From: Zancudomyces culisetae HAW-14-8
Lineage: Eukaryota; Fungi; Kickxellomycota
Length of the DNA stretch: 64,000 nucleotides
Assembly: GCA_052426225.1 (NCBI GenBank)
Contig: JBNJNM010000010.1
Coordinates: 496,001 to 560,000 of the forward strand
Direction of reading: 5' to 3'
Shown: piece after piece, positions 22,881-35,354 of the stretch
Layout: each line of letters starts with the position of its first letter
Position numbering within the stretch: the first letter of the stretch is position 1
Translations under genes and position numbers: made by a program
The notes under the pieces: model-generated
Seen by the model: the letters and a program-made list of their open reading frames with translations, nothing else
Told to the model about the DNA's origin: nothing
Databases searched by the model: none

Positions 22881-24572
22881 GTTCGAGTCGAATATCTATA
22901 CTGTTCTTTTTTGTTGGCAAAAATAAAACTACCTCAAGTTATTAAGGAGAATTAGGATGTTGTAAATTGCTTTTCCATGTCACTCTTTCATTTTTCCTTT
23001 TATATAAAATTTTTTACTGTAAATATTGGGTCCTGTTTTTCTTTTTTTACTATTGGATTAATCTCTGGATTTTGGAAAAGCCCATTTTACTCAAGCGCCA
23101 TAAGGTATAAGCAAACAGAAAATGTACATATTACATAAACTGGGAGATTTAGAGTAAACTAGTAAAAAACAACTTGATTCGAGATGTTGAGATATGTCTT
23201 TACAATTTTACGTAAATTTTAAAGCAATTGGTTTAATAAAAACAAAACAAATCACCTTGGCTAGGATAGGCTTAGATTAATTACAATATTTTTTTAGTTA
23301 AGCGTGAAATGACGTCTTTTGATGCCTTATGGATCGAAAAAGATATAGTTTATGAAATAATGGTAGTGATTGGGCGTATTAGCAATGGCTTTTGTTGAGT
23401 TGCTGATGAATATAAGTGAAAATAAATTATCGCTGTTTTATTTCACCATAGTTTTGACTTGTTTGGGTGGTGAGTGGTCAATAAAATATTCGCTTTTTTA
23501 AGAGCTAAGAGTCGATTATTATTGATAAGTTTTAGCTACCCAAAGAAATATAAATGCACAAACATACATGAAAAAGATTATTGTAAAAAAAATATTAATA
23601 ACAATCAAACAAAGTCATGTTAACTATTAGACGAGTAAGTTGGGAAAAAACGATAAGGTACATGGTGGTGTTTTTCTGTACAAATGTCGGTGAGCAAGCG
23701 CTATTCGACGATAATTTCAAATACCAATTTTTCCATTATTTTTAATGGAAGGATTAACCAACTTTGCTGAAAATTTTTGCAAAGTCGCGAGTGTGGTGAT
23801 TTTCCTTTTGAACCCAAAAGTCAGCTGTGGGCTTTTCACAAAGTCATAATAATCCCATCAGCTCCCCCCCTCCCAAAAAAAAGTTGTAAAAATACGAGCA
23901 AACAAATGTCGGAATAAAGTTCATGTTATTCAAGAAAAAATATTCAGGTTCATATTGTTACAGGTTGTTGAGATACACGATTAATTTTCTGAAACGCAAC
24001 AGCTTTGCCCAATGATAGCCGGGTAATCAAAATCAGTAAACTTTGGCACACTAAAATGTATACTTTTTCTCAATAAAATCAACACTCACTACCCCTAAGA
24101 GTTGTATCAGACGTTAGCTTAGAAGTAAATCAAGTTGTAGATAACCCAAATTATCAAGTTGTGGATAGAGCTGGCCCACCAACAGAAAAATATGCTCTTT
24201 GTTTTTGAGCACGCGGTAAAGCGAAAAGTTATCTAGCTGGGGTATTTGTGGCACAGATATATAAGCAATAACTGTGCAAAATAATACATTAATCAGTGAA
24301 ACCACGTATTGAATTTCTATAATTTCCCAGTTCCCAATTTGTATAATACTCGAATTTGGGAGAGGGAGAATTCAAGTAGTACCAGCTACACAAGATATAC
24401 TTTTTTACCCAAAAAAAGTAAAGAAAGCAACAAGATGTATCAATTTTAAGCTGATTTTGTTTTATGTGTGTTTTATGAATATTTAGAATGAGTAAACTTA
24501 AATTATTGCTCTGGACTTGTGAAAGCCGTAATATGTAATATTAATAGCAGACAGACAAAATTATATATAATC

Positions 24573-26183
24573 TTATGTCGTAAACTTACGTTTACGGAAT
24601 ACGATATTGCAATCTTTGTCAGGGTTTTCTGGGCATCTGGTGATGTATATTTTGTCTGGAAACATGCGTGGTTGGCCAGTTGCTGGATCAACGTTGTTTG
24701 GACCAAATTCACAATCATTTGGTATTTCAAACTCGTATTCTCTGAGCAGGTTAGCTAGTACAGTGTATATTTCGGTCCATGCCAGGTTCCTACCAACACA
24801 GATTCTAACACCAAGGGAAAATGCAATAATCTCTTTTTTCATTTCCTCCCCATTGGGCCCCAAGTACCTATCAGGGTTAAATACATGTGGATCCTTCCAA
24901 ACTCGCTCGTCATAGTGAATACCCTCCAAAAAGATGTTGATTATATGATCTGGTGGAATGTAGTAATCTGAAAGTTGGAATCCGTCTTCAGAAGTATCCC
25001 TTGGAAAAGTACCACCAACAACGGTTCTGTACCTCATGGCTTCAAGAATTACAGCAGTAAAATAATGAAGTTTCTTTCTTCCCTCATTTACTCTAATTAG
25101 CTGTGTTCTATCGGGAAACTCTCTGTCTATCTCCTCTACCACCTTTTTGTAGATATGGGGGTACAGAGTACAGGCATGTAAGAAATATGTCATGGTCATA
25201 CTTGTAGTGTCTATTCCCGCAATCAACATAGTACTCAGTTCTGCGTGTATTTGTGCTCTTGTTATTGGTTTTCCGTCAACACTCTCTTTATCGTCAATGA
25301 TCATCTGCAATATATCTTCCTTTACATTTTCTCGCCCAACCTTCTCAATCTGAGCATATCGCTCAGAGATGGAAGTTTCTCGAAAGTTCAGATATTTTTT
25401 ATAGTCTTTTATAGTAAAGAGTCCCAGGTAGACTTTAACTGGTCTCAAAAGCGGAAATTTTGCTGTTGTTATTGCTGAATTTACTGTATCATTCACCCAT
25501 TGTGTCAAAGGATGTCCACCTGAAGGCACAGCATTAATTTTTCTACCAAAAATCATGTGACCTATCACATCTGTTGTTATGCTCTGGAAATATTTGTAGT
25601 AGTTAACTTTGGCATCACCATTTCCTGCCTCAATCAGTTCAGTTAGCTTTTTATCTAGGGCAAAATACCCATCTTCTAGGATTTGATCTTCAATACTTGC
25701 CAAGTTGGTAAATGTAAATACTGGCCCAACCTGGCGTCTTCTCATTCTGTTAAACGCTTCATCACTGGTGGTAAAAATGCTTTGCACATTCATACCCAGC
25801 TTCTCATACTCCTTTGACTTGGGGTATTTGTATGTAGCTAAAATCTTCTTTGCATCAGACATGGTTGTAATCGAGACGGTTTTCGGCCCTATTCTGATAG
25901 TGGGACCATATTTTTTGTGGAGGCTTCCTAGGTATGTGTAACAATTTCCGCGAACAACTTCCAAGTCGACTGGAAGACTTGTGAACCTGCTCCACCACGG
26001 ACCAGGAACTTTCCTCAATGGATCAAATATTGTTGCCACAAGCAACTTGACCACCAAATAGGTACTCAGCGCCGCAATTAATGTTTTCCCATTGTATATG
26101 AGCTTTAATAGACTGTGGTAGTCCAATTTCTTGAGGCTCTGGACCAGCCAAGATGGCTCTGACATTTTACTAAGAATGCTCAT
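24573..26183 (-). CDS. Cytochrome P450 monooxygenase
   Basis: N-terminal anchor followed by PLRKVPGP, I-helix AGIDTT, ExxR (EAMR), PERF-like FNPDRY and heme motif FSLGVRICVG; intronless. Confidence 0.96.
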   Translation of the reverse strand: MSILSKMSEPSWLVQSLKKLDYHSLLKLIYNGKTLIAALSTYLVVKLLVATIFDPLRKVPGPWWSRFTSLPVDLEVVRGNCYTYLGSLHKKYGPTIRIGPKTVSITTMSDAKKILATYKYPKSKEYEKLGMNVQSIFTTSDEAFNRMRRRQVGPVFTFTNLASIEDQILEDGYFALDKKLTELIEAGNGDAKVNYYKYFQSITTDVIGHMIFGRKINAVPSGGHPLTQWVNDTVNSAITTAKFPLLRPVKVYLGLFTIKDYKKYLNFRETSISERYAQIEKVGRENVKEDILQMIIDDKESVDGKPITRAQIHAELSTMLIAGIDTTSMTMTYFLHACTLYPHIYKKVVEEIDREFPDRTQLIRVNEGRKKLHYFTAVILEAMRYRTVVGGTFPRDTSEDGFQLSDYYIPPDHIINIFLEGIHYDERVWKDPHVFNPDRYLGPNGEEMKKEIIAFSLGVRICVGRNLAWTEIYTVLANLLREYEFEIPNDCEFGPNNVDPATGQPRMFPDKIYITRCPENPDKDCNIVFRKRKFTT

Positions 26184-27566
26184 ATTTAGTGTTTGACCGC
26201 TGCAATGGCATCGATATTTTCTACCTTTGAATAAACGATTTAGCTATAACTTCAAAGTTGTACACTAGTCACCACTGACAGATTGTATTAGAGTTTATAT
26301 CTCAATTGTATGAAGAAAAGTGAAGAAAAAAACAAAAAAAACATCCTTTTGTGTTTGCTTATAAACATAAAATTTGGATAGTGATGAGGAATGAGAAATG
26401 AGGAATGAGGAACCCTTTGTCACAATCATCCAACAATACCCATTACCCATTACCCATGTCCGCTAGAAAATTACTAGTGAAATCACACATTTTGACGGAT
26501 AATCTTCCGGTTCGCAGCTAACTTCCGTCCTATCTGCTGTCTAATATACCCCTTCTCTTTTTTTCTCATATCATGTGGGCTTTGTACAACCAACCTGTTT
26601 TATATAGCTACAACAGAGTACTATTTAATTTAACTACAATGGCTTTTTTTACAATAAAAATAAACAAAAAAAAACTATGCCCTTTACCCCCGGTTTTGAC
26701 ATTGCAATGGTTTTGGCATGGTATAAGGCTAGTACATTATGTTTCAGCAGTTTATTAAATGTACCCATGATAAAAAGTGTTCAATATGTAACATGAACAA
26801 GCTACTGAAGCATATGCTATGGGATTTTGAGATCAACATAAGCATGCGTTGGAATTTGATAATCCTTTGGTTAAGTAGGAGTGCTTTCCAAATAAATTTC
26901 GGTTGTTTTTTTTTTTTTTTACAAGAAAAAGCATCATATGACAGAGATTCTTTTACTAAAGCTCGGTTTGCTTATTTCTTTAATATTGCAGGTTTTTGTT
27001 AGTCACAGACCAGCAAGTTTGTTCTCAGAAAAAAATGAACCGCAATATCCTGTATTCAATGTCTTTCTATCACACTGGAGATCCTAAATGCAGCTTCTCA
27101 GAAACGAACAAAGCTGGTTTTGTATGAACTTGAAAATGCGAATCTATCTCGGCAGGGTTTAGTACATGGAAATGTATTTGTTACAGATTTGGTTTATGGT
27201 GAACCATCCCGGAAAATATCAATGACCCGGAACACTGGGGACCGATATAAATGATTCCTAGCCTCATCAAACACTGAACACAAATAAAAGGCACAATTAA
27301 AAATGAGGGGACGGAAAAAATATATCCAGTCATATCTTTCCACCCCCCCCCCTGTTGGGAAAGAAAGCCCTAAATGGTATTGGATAAAATATAATTTACC
27401 TAACAAAGGTGTTTCACTCTGCATGAAGACCAGGATCCGTGCTTGATTCAAAAAACTTTTATTTTATATCATGGGTAAAGACTTGAAAGCCTAAAGCTAA
27501 AACTCAAACAAAAAAAATAAGGAAAAGAGAAAAAAAAAGCAAACCAGATCCGAAGGGGATGGTGAA

Positions 27567-29116
27567 TTAAAGCTTGGATTTGGCAGCGTCGGTCCTCTTC
27601 AAAAACTTCTTCACTTCAGATCGTCCAAGTTGGAACAAATGGACTTCGTCAGGTCCGTCAGCAAGTCTGAGTGTTCTCATGTTTGCGTACATTTCGGCAA
27701 GTGGGGTATCTGGTCCCACTCCCATAGCACCATGGGCTTGCATAGCTTTGTCAAGAACCTCTAGAACAACATTTGGAACGAATACTTTTGCCAATGCAAT
27801 TTCCTTTTTGGCGTTTGCTGGACCATAAAGATCGATTTTGTGTGCTGCATCAAGAACTAAATGTCTTGAAGCATCGATGTCTATACGTGCTTTGGCAATC
27901 CATTCCAAAATAACTCTGTTTTCTGCAAGAGTTTTTCCTTGAACTTTTCTTTTGGTAACTCTGGCCAACATGGTCTCTAGAGCTCTTTCTGCTACACCAA
28001 TTGCTCTCATAGTATGGTGGATACGTCCTGGTCCGAGTCTACCCTGAACAATTTCGAATCCACGGCCTTCACCCAGAACCATGTTTTCTTCGGGAATGAA
28101 TACGTTGTTGAACTCAAGTTCTGAGTGACCAATTGGGGCATCATCAAATCCAAATACTGTAAGTGGGCGTTTGACATTAACCCCAGGACTGTTCGCAGGA
28201 ACAATGACGACGCTGTGCTGACGGTGAATGCTTTTTATTCCACTTTCAGCATAGTTGTTTGTCAGCTCAGAACCCATATCCCCTGAACGAACCATCACCA
28301 AAAAAAGCTTGAGTGCTGGTCCACTGGCACCAGTGATCCAGATTTTTTTTCCATTAACAAGGTAGCCACCTTTGACGCGGGTCAATTTACAACTTATGTT
28401 TGTGGCATCTGATGACGCTACGTTGGGTTCGGTCATGGCAAATGCACTTCTGATTTCACCATTCATTAGTGGAACCAACCACTTCTTCTTTTGTTGTGCA
28501 TTTCCGTACTTAATCAAGACCTCCATGTTTCCAGTGTCGGGAGCGCTGCAGTTTGTAGCCTATAGTTTATTTGTACCGGATGGTTTAGAAGATTCATAGT
28601 AATAGGTAGATTATATTTAGTCTTGCATTTCTATTTGTGTAATAATATTCAACTTACGGTTGGGGCCAACTGAATGGAACGACCCATAATTTCACACAAA
28701 TGTGCGTACTCGTAGTTTGTCAATCCAGGACTTTCCTCATATTCGTGAGGAATAAATAGGTTCCACAACCCTAGGTTTCTGGCTTTTTGCTTTAGCTCTT
28801 GAATAACTGGAGGAATTCTTGACCATCTTTGGGCACCAACACCCAACTCTTGTTCGAATCTGTGCTCATTTGGAATGCATTCCTCCTATAATACACACAA
28901 TAATTATGGTTTAGTTGAGCTTATCTTGCTTGTTTTTATGTTCGATATCCAGCGCCGTACAACACACAAACTTGCGTTAGATATAATATCGCCACAAAAA
29001 AAAATTATGAATAGAAACAAGTGGTATATTATTACCTCAACGAATTTGGTCAAGGTCTTAATCATCTGGGCCACTCTTGGCGAGATTGGTGGTGGTGGTG
29101 GTGTTAGTGTTGTCAT
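27567..29116 (-). CDS. Peroxisomal acyl-CoA dehydrogenase (ACAD10/11-type); exons about 29116-29036, 28886-28658 and 28560-27567
   Basis: LKQKARNLGLWNLF, NCSAPDTGNMEVL, SAFAMTEPNVASSDATNI, QGRLGPGRIHH and RLADGPDEVH motifs; C-terminal SKL (PTS1). Confidence 0.93.
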
Positions 29117-30476
29117 TTTCAATTAATTTTAGTATTTTATTTCCTGTTTTTTATCAATTCACTGCAAAAGCGCTTGAAGGACTAGAATGTATGTTGGAAT
29201 AGGTTACAAAACGAAGATAAACGATCCTTATATATAAAAATATGTGCATGCTCCAGTTTTCCGAAACCAAAATTGGAAATTTGCGCATTCAAGATTTTGA
29301 CTTTCACAAGGATCCTATTTGAGACTGGTCCTAGCCAACCATTAAGCTGGCTTTTGTTCAATTAGCCATGCTTGCTGAAACATCGACCAAGTTCAAACAC
29401 ATTGTAATGTGATGGATGGCCTTTTTTTTTTTATAAGCCTAATAAAATACAAGTTAATAAAACTCCTTCATTTCCTATTTATTTAATTTTATTATCTTGC
29501 CACCTTTAGTAAAGCAAAATTAAACACATGGTAGTATTTACTAATAAAATGGCAACTATGTTACCCCTTGTTTGATACTCAACACCAAGACATATCCCTT
29601 TTTTTTTCTACTAAAAAACACATAGTAAGAAGACAACAATGTATGAAAAAAATAAAGGGTGTAAAAAACTGGATTGTCTAAAAGTGTCAAGGATTTGCTT
29701 GTGATGGTACACAACTCTCGCCATATTTTTCTTATCAAAGCACACCATTCTCTTACCCAGACAGATATTTTGGCACATTCAAGCTCAGTAAAACCAAACT
29801 CGGACCAACCTTTGTTAAAAGACAACTCCGAAATGCCAATTTTACTGGTTCCAAACATCCCATCCTATGTTGGTGCTCTTCTTAGCTCTGTTTTTTTTTT
29901 AATGACGCCAAACTGATATCTAGAACTCCCAAATTTTTCTTGTAAACCACTGCTAGTACTACTAAAAAAAATATTAAAAAAAAAGTTGAACATTCACCTA
30001 ATTTTGTATCAGAGCCATGTAGTGCAATATAATCATGTGCATACCAACTTCACTTGTCCTCCTTTTCTTTTAGCGTTTGTGTTTAAACATAGTAAGGACA
30101 ATTGTACGTGTTTTATATCTAGTGTGGAGTTGATTTGAAACTAAAAAATTATACTTTCTATAAATTTATACAAAAACCAACAAGCTGTGCTGTGGAGTTT
30201 GACTCGCAAAATTCAAATTACCAACTCCAAGGTAAACAGTAGAATGAGTGTGGAAAGGTGATTGCTAAGTAACTCGTATGTATGCTTGGCTTTCAATAGA
30301 TATGATATGCAAATAAAGAGATGGAGGAAATGGTGTAAGAAATCTCAGCGATATATCACTATGGCTACCATGACAAATATTTATTAAAACTAAATTAGTT
30401 TATTTTCTTTGAACTATAGTTAAACAAAGAAGAAAACAATAAAAAGTTTTATTTTCCAAACTCGTAGCAGAAATAT

Positions 30477-30995
30477 TTATGAACGGGCACCAAAGTCAGT
30501 AATCATGACTGGTATGATGCTCAAATCATCTTCTTCAGTAGTAGTTGAAGATGTTGAAGATGATGAAGATGAGGTTCTTGATGTGGTAGATGTCGTGGTA
30601 CGAGAAGTGGGTGTGGTTGTGGTACGAGAAGTGGATGTGGTTGTAGTACGAGAGGTAGGTGTGGTTGTGGTGCGAGAGGTAGATGTTGTGGATGTTGAGG
30701 TTCTTGTAGATGTAGTCGATTGGGTATAAGTACCACAGTCACATCCAAGCCCAGAGGCAGCTGTTATTGAAGCTATTGGGATACTACCTGCGGTTGGAAT
30801 AATATTAGCAAGCATGTTAATTGCCATTCCAAAGAGTTGATGATCTATGGCGTCTAGAGTATTGGCTCTCTTCTCCAAATTTCCTGCACGCTGTTGATCG
30901 AAGACACCATTTTTGCCATTGTTTGAGTTGTCAGCACTTACAAACACTGCTGGTAAAACGAGGAAAAGTGAATACAAAGTCTTTGATAGATGCAT
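30477..30995 (-). CDS. Small secreted Thr/Ser-rich protein with a putative Kex2 site
   Basis: Signal peptide MHLSKTLYSLFLVLPAVFVSA, LEKR dibasic site, CDC motif and TTTTPTSR repeats. Confidence 0.7.
   Translation of the reverse strand: MHLSKTLYSLFLVLPAVFVSADNSNNGKNGVFDQQRAGNLEKRANTLDAIDHQLFGMAINMLANIIPTAGSIPIASITAASGLGCDCGTYTQSTTSTRTSTSTTSTSRTTTTPTSRTTTTSTSRTTTTPTSRTTTSTTSRTSSSSSSTSSTTTEEDDLSIIPVMITDFGARS
30590..30690. repeat. 24-bp coding tandem repeat (TSRTTTTP/S units)
   Basis: gtggtacgagaagtgg(g/a)tgtggtt-like units occur about 3-4 times. Confidence 0.8.
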
Positions 30996-32900
30996 CTTTA
31001 CTTTACTTTTTTTTCGCTTTGTTGCTTATTTCTCTTTATGAGCACTATTATTAGGATGTTATGTTCCTATTGATTGATGTTGCTTTGATAAATCGTATTG
31101 TTTGGAAAAAAATTTTTTTTCTCTTTTACAATACTTTTACTTTGATGCTAATTTTAGGCCGTTTATTGTTTTCTTACAAGATTGTAAAACTTTCAAGATG
31201 CTGTGACCGGGTATCTCGCTATTGTCCTGAATATATGAAATGATGATAACAAAAACAATATGCTCTTATCTTTTTTGTTGTAACCAGAAGTATCTTTATC
31301 GTTCCAAGAAACTAGTATGGTATGCAAATAAGCGCTTGAAATTGTCAAGATATACACTATTTATGAATTTGATATTTTTATTTTCTTTTTCTTTTTGGAG
31401 CAATATTAAAAGCTTATGTATTTATACATGTTGAGTTTTACGTCAATCTTTGATTTTGATTTTTTATTTTACAAAAAGTTAAAGAAATCAGTGCTAAACA
31501 AAAATGCAGAAAAAAAAAGTATTAATATAGAGCTCGTATTCCAAGTCAAATTCTGCGCCGTACTTTTTTGATACACCATCATTAACCGTTGTGCTAGCCA
31601 ATAGGGGAAATAGTAATTGATTTTGTAATGTTCTATTTTCAGCACTAATTTGTGCAAATTCTGTTAAATGTACAAAACAGATAATAAACTGTTAAAATTC
31701 CCGCAACTTTTAAATTCACTTGAGGATTGAATAAAGGGAGGGGTGACGGGAGCGATTGCAGCGGTGTGCCAGAAATAGTGCATTCTAAACTTTTATGTAA
31801 TCGGTAACTTTGGTCATCATTACAATAACAAGTGAAAAGATGAGTGGTGGTAAGGCTAGTTTTTCTATGGATGACGTTTGACTACAAGTCTGTGTTGGGC
31901 AAAAGCTATAAAAACAATCTCAAATCCTCTTCAAGATACCGTAAGCCATTAAAAATTATCCATATATTATTACATAACCATTCTTAATATAAATTTTTAT
32001 TCAATGGTATGTGTAAATAAATTTGTAATTATAGAAATTGAGTTCTATTTATAAGACTAAGCAATTTGCACTATTGATCAAAATTGAAATAGCAATGTAT
32101 TTTATGGGTTGTATAGGGTTTTACTTTACTTTTAAAAAAAAATGCAACACATGATTTTAATGTAGCTCGAAAAGTAATTTCGGATCAATTTTGCTTTACA
32201 TTGTGTAAAAAAAAATTCAAGAAAAAATTCAAGAAAAAGTGGAAATCGGCGAATAAAAAAAAAGCCTAAAGCAAAAACTGAATAAGTTGTCAGAGTTGTT
32301 TAGAGAAGTTAGCCAGGTGTTTCTATATAGTGAGAGTCGCTAGAGCAGGAATGAGGATAAGAAAGGAGAGAAAAAGGGATGGGATGGGATGGGATGGGGA
32401 CGGGCGTGGTAGGGGGGTAAGTAAAAGAATATATCCAACAGTCGTTATTAATGTTCCCAGGTTCCACATATTTATTTAAGAATTCAAGCACAAAAGGCGA
32501 TAGGGGCCAACAAAAAAGAAAGTGGACAAGTACCAGAAGAGATAAACCAATGCAAACAGGTGATCGTTCTATTATTAACAACACCCATGTATTAGGTTGT
32601 TAATTTTACGATTATAGCATAATACAAAGGCAGTTTATACAAAAATAGATGATTTTAAAATTAATATGTTGTAGAAAAGGTGGCAATTTGTAATAGTTTT
32701 CACCAAAAGTAACAGAAGAAAAAAAAATGTGTTAAAAAAAAGTCGGTAAAAGAAGGAAGTAAGAGGGAATGAATATTAGTTGCATAAATCCCAAAGCAAT
32801 GACATTGTTGAAGCTTGTAAAAGCCACAGGTGGGAATGATATGCAAAAAGCACAAAAAAAAGACAGATGAGTGGATAAGAAAGAAAGAGGTGAGGACAGG

Positions 32901-35354
32901 CTAGAGTGATAGTTTTTTATCCAACTCCAAAAGTATATGCTCATAAACATGATCGAGATCGGCAAACAATGAAGGGGAAGATAACAGGTGGTCAATGAGT
33001 ATTAAGTAATCCCTATCATTCCAATACTTTTTACAAGCAGTGAGCAGAAAGGTGAAGGAGTCGAGCTGAAGCTTGATATCAGTGGACGAGCTTACGTTGG
33101 TAATACTTTTGGACAAGTGATGCAGAGTTATGGCAACTTTTGCGCTTATAAAATACAAATATGAGGCATGGGGAGCATAAAATTCCCATTCTAGGTCAGT
33201 AGAGGAAACGGATCTACTGCCATCGGGTTTACCAAACTGGGTGTGAGAGTAAGGTGGTGATGGCAGCGGTGTAGACGATAATAGCCGCTTTAAAGTGCGG
33301 TTACTTTCGTACTCGCCACCATTTTCACTGACAGACAAGAGCTTTTGCAGCCCCTTAACTCGGATATTTTCGGTGGCAATGGCAATCTTTTGCCAGGCAT
33401 GCGAAACAACGCTCTTTAGCCACAAGATGGGAATGCAGACAATGGATAACTCTTGTATATAGTTTTTAAGGCTGTTGTATACATACAAACCTAGCAGCTG
33501 ATGCTGGATAACAACAGCCGAAAATTTCAATTCGTTGTGATAGTTTGAAGCCGATAAAAACGAGTGGTGTGAGGATGTGTCATCGTTGTTGTTGGTAAAA
33601 TCTGTATTGGTACACGGAGAAAATGCCGAAGAGAAAAGCGACAAGCCGAGTGCTGACTCCCATTGAGTAATTTCTGCGTCGATGACCAAGTAGTTGCGCA
33701 GAAACTCGCTTAGACTCGATAGCCATCCGGAATCCGATAAAATTTCAGCAATCGGACGTTTCCTTAAGTTGGAACCAAATAGTCTAAAGGCAACTTGTCG
33801 CTGGTACATGATGTGGCCGATAATCAAGGTAAAAGGCGCAACGGTGTGGTGCCACCGAACAACGCGCACATCGTCGTACTGGCCAAATTCTGCATCCGAA
33901 CGTTTTGGTTGAGCGTGATTGTTGGGTTCGTTATTATACTCTCCAGTTGGAACTGTTATACTTTTGCTACTAATTTGATTGTCGTCAGTTATAGAGCTGT
34001 TGCCACTGGCGAATGTATCACTGTTATTCTTGGCGGGATAATCAGTAGTGTGATCGCTGGTGCTTGTTTTGGCACTGCCAGCATTACCAGTATTTATGGT
34101 ATCCTCGGTGTGCACCCCGGTATCTGAATACACTAGAATACTTGGAAGTCTTACTCTAAACGAACCCTCGTCTATTATTGGTCGTACTTCAGGTCTGCTT
34201 AAAATCATGGTAAAAAACCTGTCGCAATAAAGCAACAGCCACCATACTCGCCGACAATTTTCTGCAATAATCAATGCTCTCTCACGCCTGTTTTTTGGCC
34301 TGGAATCAAGCTGGTTAATTCCTGTCTTGTATGCTATTTGAATAGCCGATTTTCGTCTATCAAGTGCTTTGTTTGCATTTCCTATACCAAACTCGTAAAT
34401 TGAAAGCAAGAGAAGCGTTTGAATTAAACTGGTAGTAGGATCTTGTTGCATAGCTATTTCAGCAAGTGATGAAGAAATTGCTGCCAGATCCATTCCCGTA
34501 GAATACAGATTCTCTGATAATACCACTGAGGGCTGTTTTGAATACCTTCGAGATAATGCTCGCATGGCTAGCACTAAATACTTTGGCACTGTCCCATCAT
34601 CATACGCCTCTCTAAAACTAGGCCAATGTACTAATGGAATTTGTGTATTGAAATAATGAAAAAATGCCATAATTCCCGGATCCTGGTATGCCTTGGAAGT
34701 CATTGGCGGAGGTATTGCCGGAACTATTATTGTCGGCGTTGGTGACCTATTTCCCAGTTGTTTTGCAACCTCAAAGATTCCGCCAACACTGAATTGTCTT
34801 TTGTTCTCAACACCATTAATCAAAACATGTGTATCCGTATTCACAGACCCACCCATATTCTCGCCAACTTCGGACCTGGGTCTTTTATTTGACTTGTATT
34901 CATCGTATTGATCTATATGATTATTCGCAACCTCCCCTCTAGCAAATTCCACGTGATTATTAGTCATATTATTATTGTTGTTATTGTTATAGTACAGCTG
35001 TGTAGTGTTTCTACTTGGTCGAGTATATTCATACTTTTTGGTATTGATCCCTGGATTCCTCCACAACAATTCATCTTGGCCTCTAATCAAAATATGCGTA
35101 ATGTTGTGGTCTTCGGGTTTTTTGGGCAGGATCTTTGGAAGAGGTTCGTTATAGCTCCGTTCCGTGTCCTTTGGCACACGCGAAGGTCGACCCCTTCTCC
35201 TTGTAACAACATATATACATTTGTTCTGGGTTTTCTTACACATTCCACATGTTGGAAGTGTTCCATCACATTTTATTTTCTTTTTTCGGCAATAAGTACA
35301 TGCCATCACCTTTGGCAATTTGCTTTCTTCCTTTTTTGCTGGTTTTTCATTCAT
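32901..35354 (-). CDS. Zn(II)2Cys6 fungal transcription factor with a fungal-specific middle homology region
   Basis: ACTYCRKKKIKCDGTLPTCGMCKKTQNKC binuclear cluster followed by RRRGRP; FFHYFNTQIPLVHWPSF and ENCRRVWWLLLYCDR in the middle region. Confidence 0.94.
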   Translation of the reverse strand: MNEKPAKKEESKLPKVMACTYCRKKKIKCDGTLPTCGMCKKTQNKCIYVVTRRRGRPSRVPKDTERSYNEPLPKILPKKPEDHNITHILIRGQDELLWRNPGINTKKYEYTRPSRNTTQLYYNNNNNNNMTNNHVEFARGEVANNHIDQYDEYKSNKRPRSEVGENMGGSVNTDTHVLINGVENKRQFSVGGIFEVAKQLGNRSPTPTIIVPAIPPPMTSKAYQDPGIMAFFHYFNTQIPLVHWPSFREAYDDGTVPKYLVLAMRALSRRYSKQPSVVLSENLYSTGMDLAAISSSLAEIAMQQDPTTSLIQTLLLLSIYEFGIGNANKALDRRKSAIQIAYKTGINQLDSRPKNRRERALIIAENCRRVWWLLLYCDRFFTMILSRPEVRPIIDEGSFRVRLPSILVYSDTGVHTEDTINTGNAGSAKTSTSDHTTDYPAKNNSDTFASGNSSITDDNQISSKSITVPTGEYNNEPNNHAQPKRSDAEFGQYDDVRVVRWHHTVAPFTLIIGHIMYQRQVAFRLFGSNLRKRPIAEILSDSGWLSSLSEFLRNYLVIDAEITQWESALGLSLFSSAFSPCTNTDFTNNNDDTSSHHSFLSASNYHNELKFSAVVIQHQLLGLYVYNSLKNYIQELSIVCIPILWLKSVVSHAWQKIAIATENIRVKGLQKLLSVSENGGEYESNRTLKRLLSSTPLPSPPYSHTQFGKPDGSRSVSSTDLEWEFYAPHASYLYFISAKVAITLHHLSKSITNVSSSTDIKLQLDSFTFLLTACKKYWNDRDYLILIDHLLSSPSLFADLDHVYEHILLELDKKLSL

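Noticed and set aside
27009-27118. Imperfect inverted repeat (accagc..tttgttc / gaacaaa.gctggt) as a possible MITE
   Set aside because: Short and interrupted, with no target-site duplication and no second copy seen in the window.
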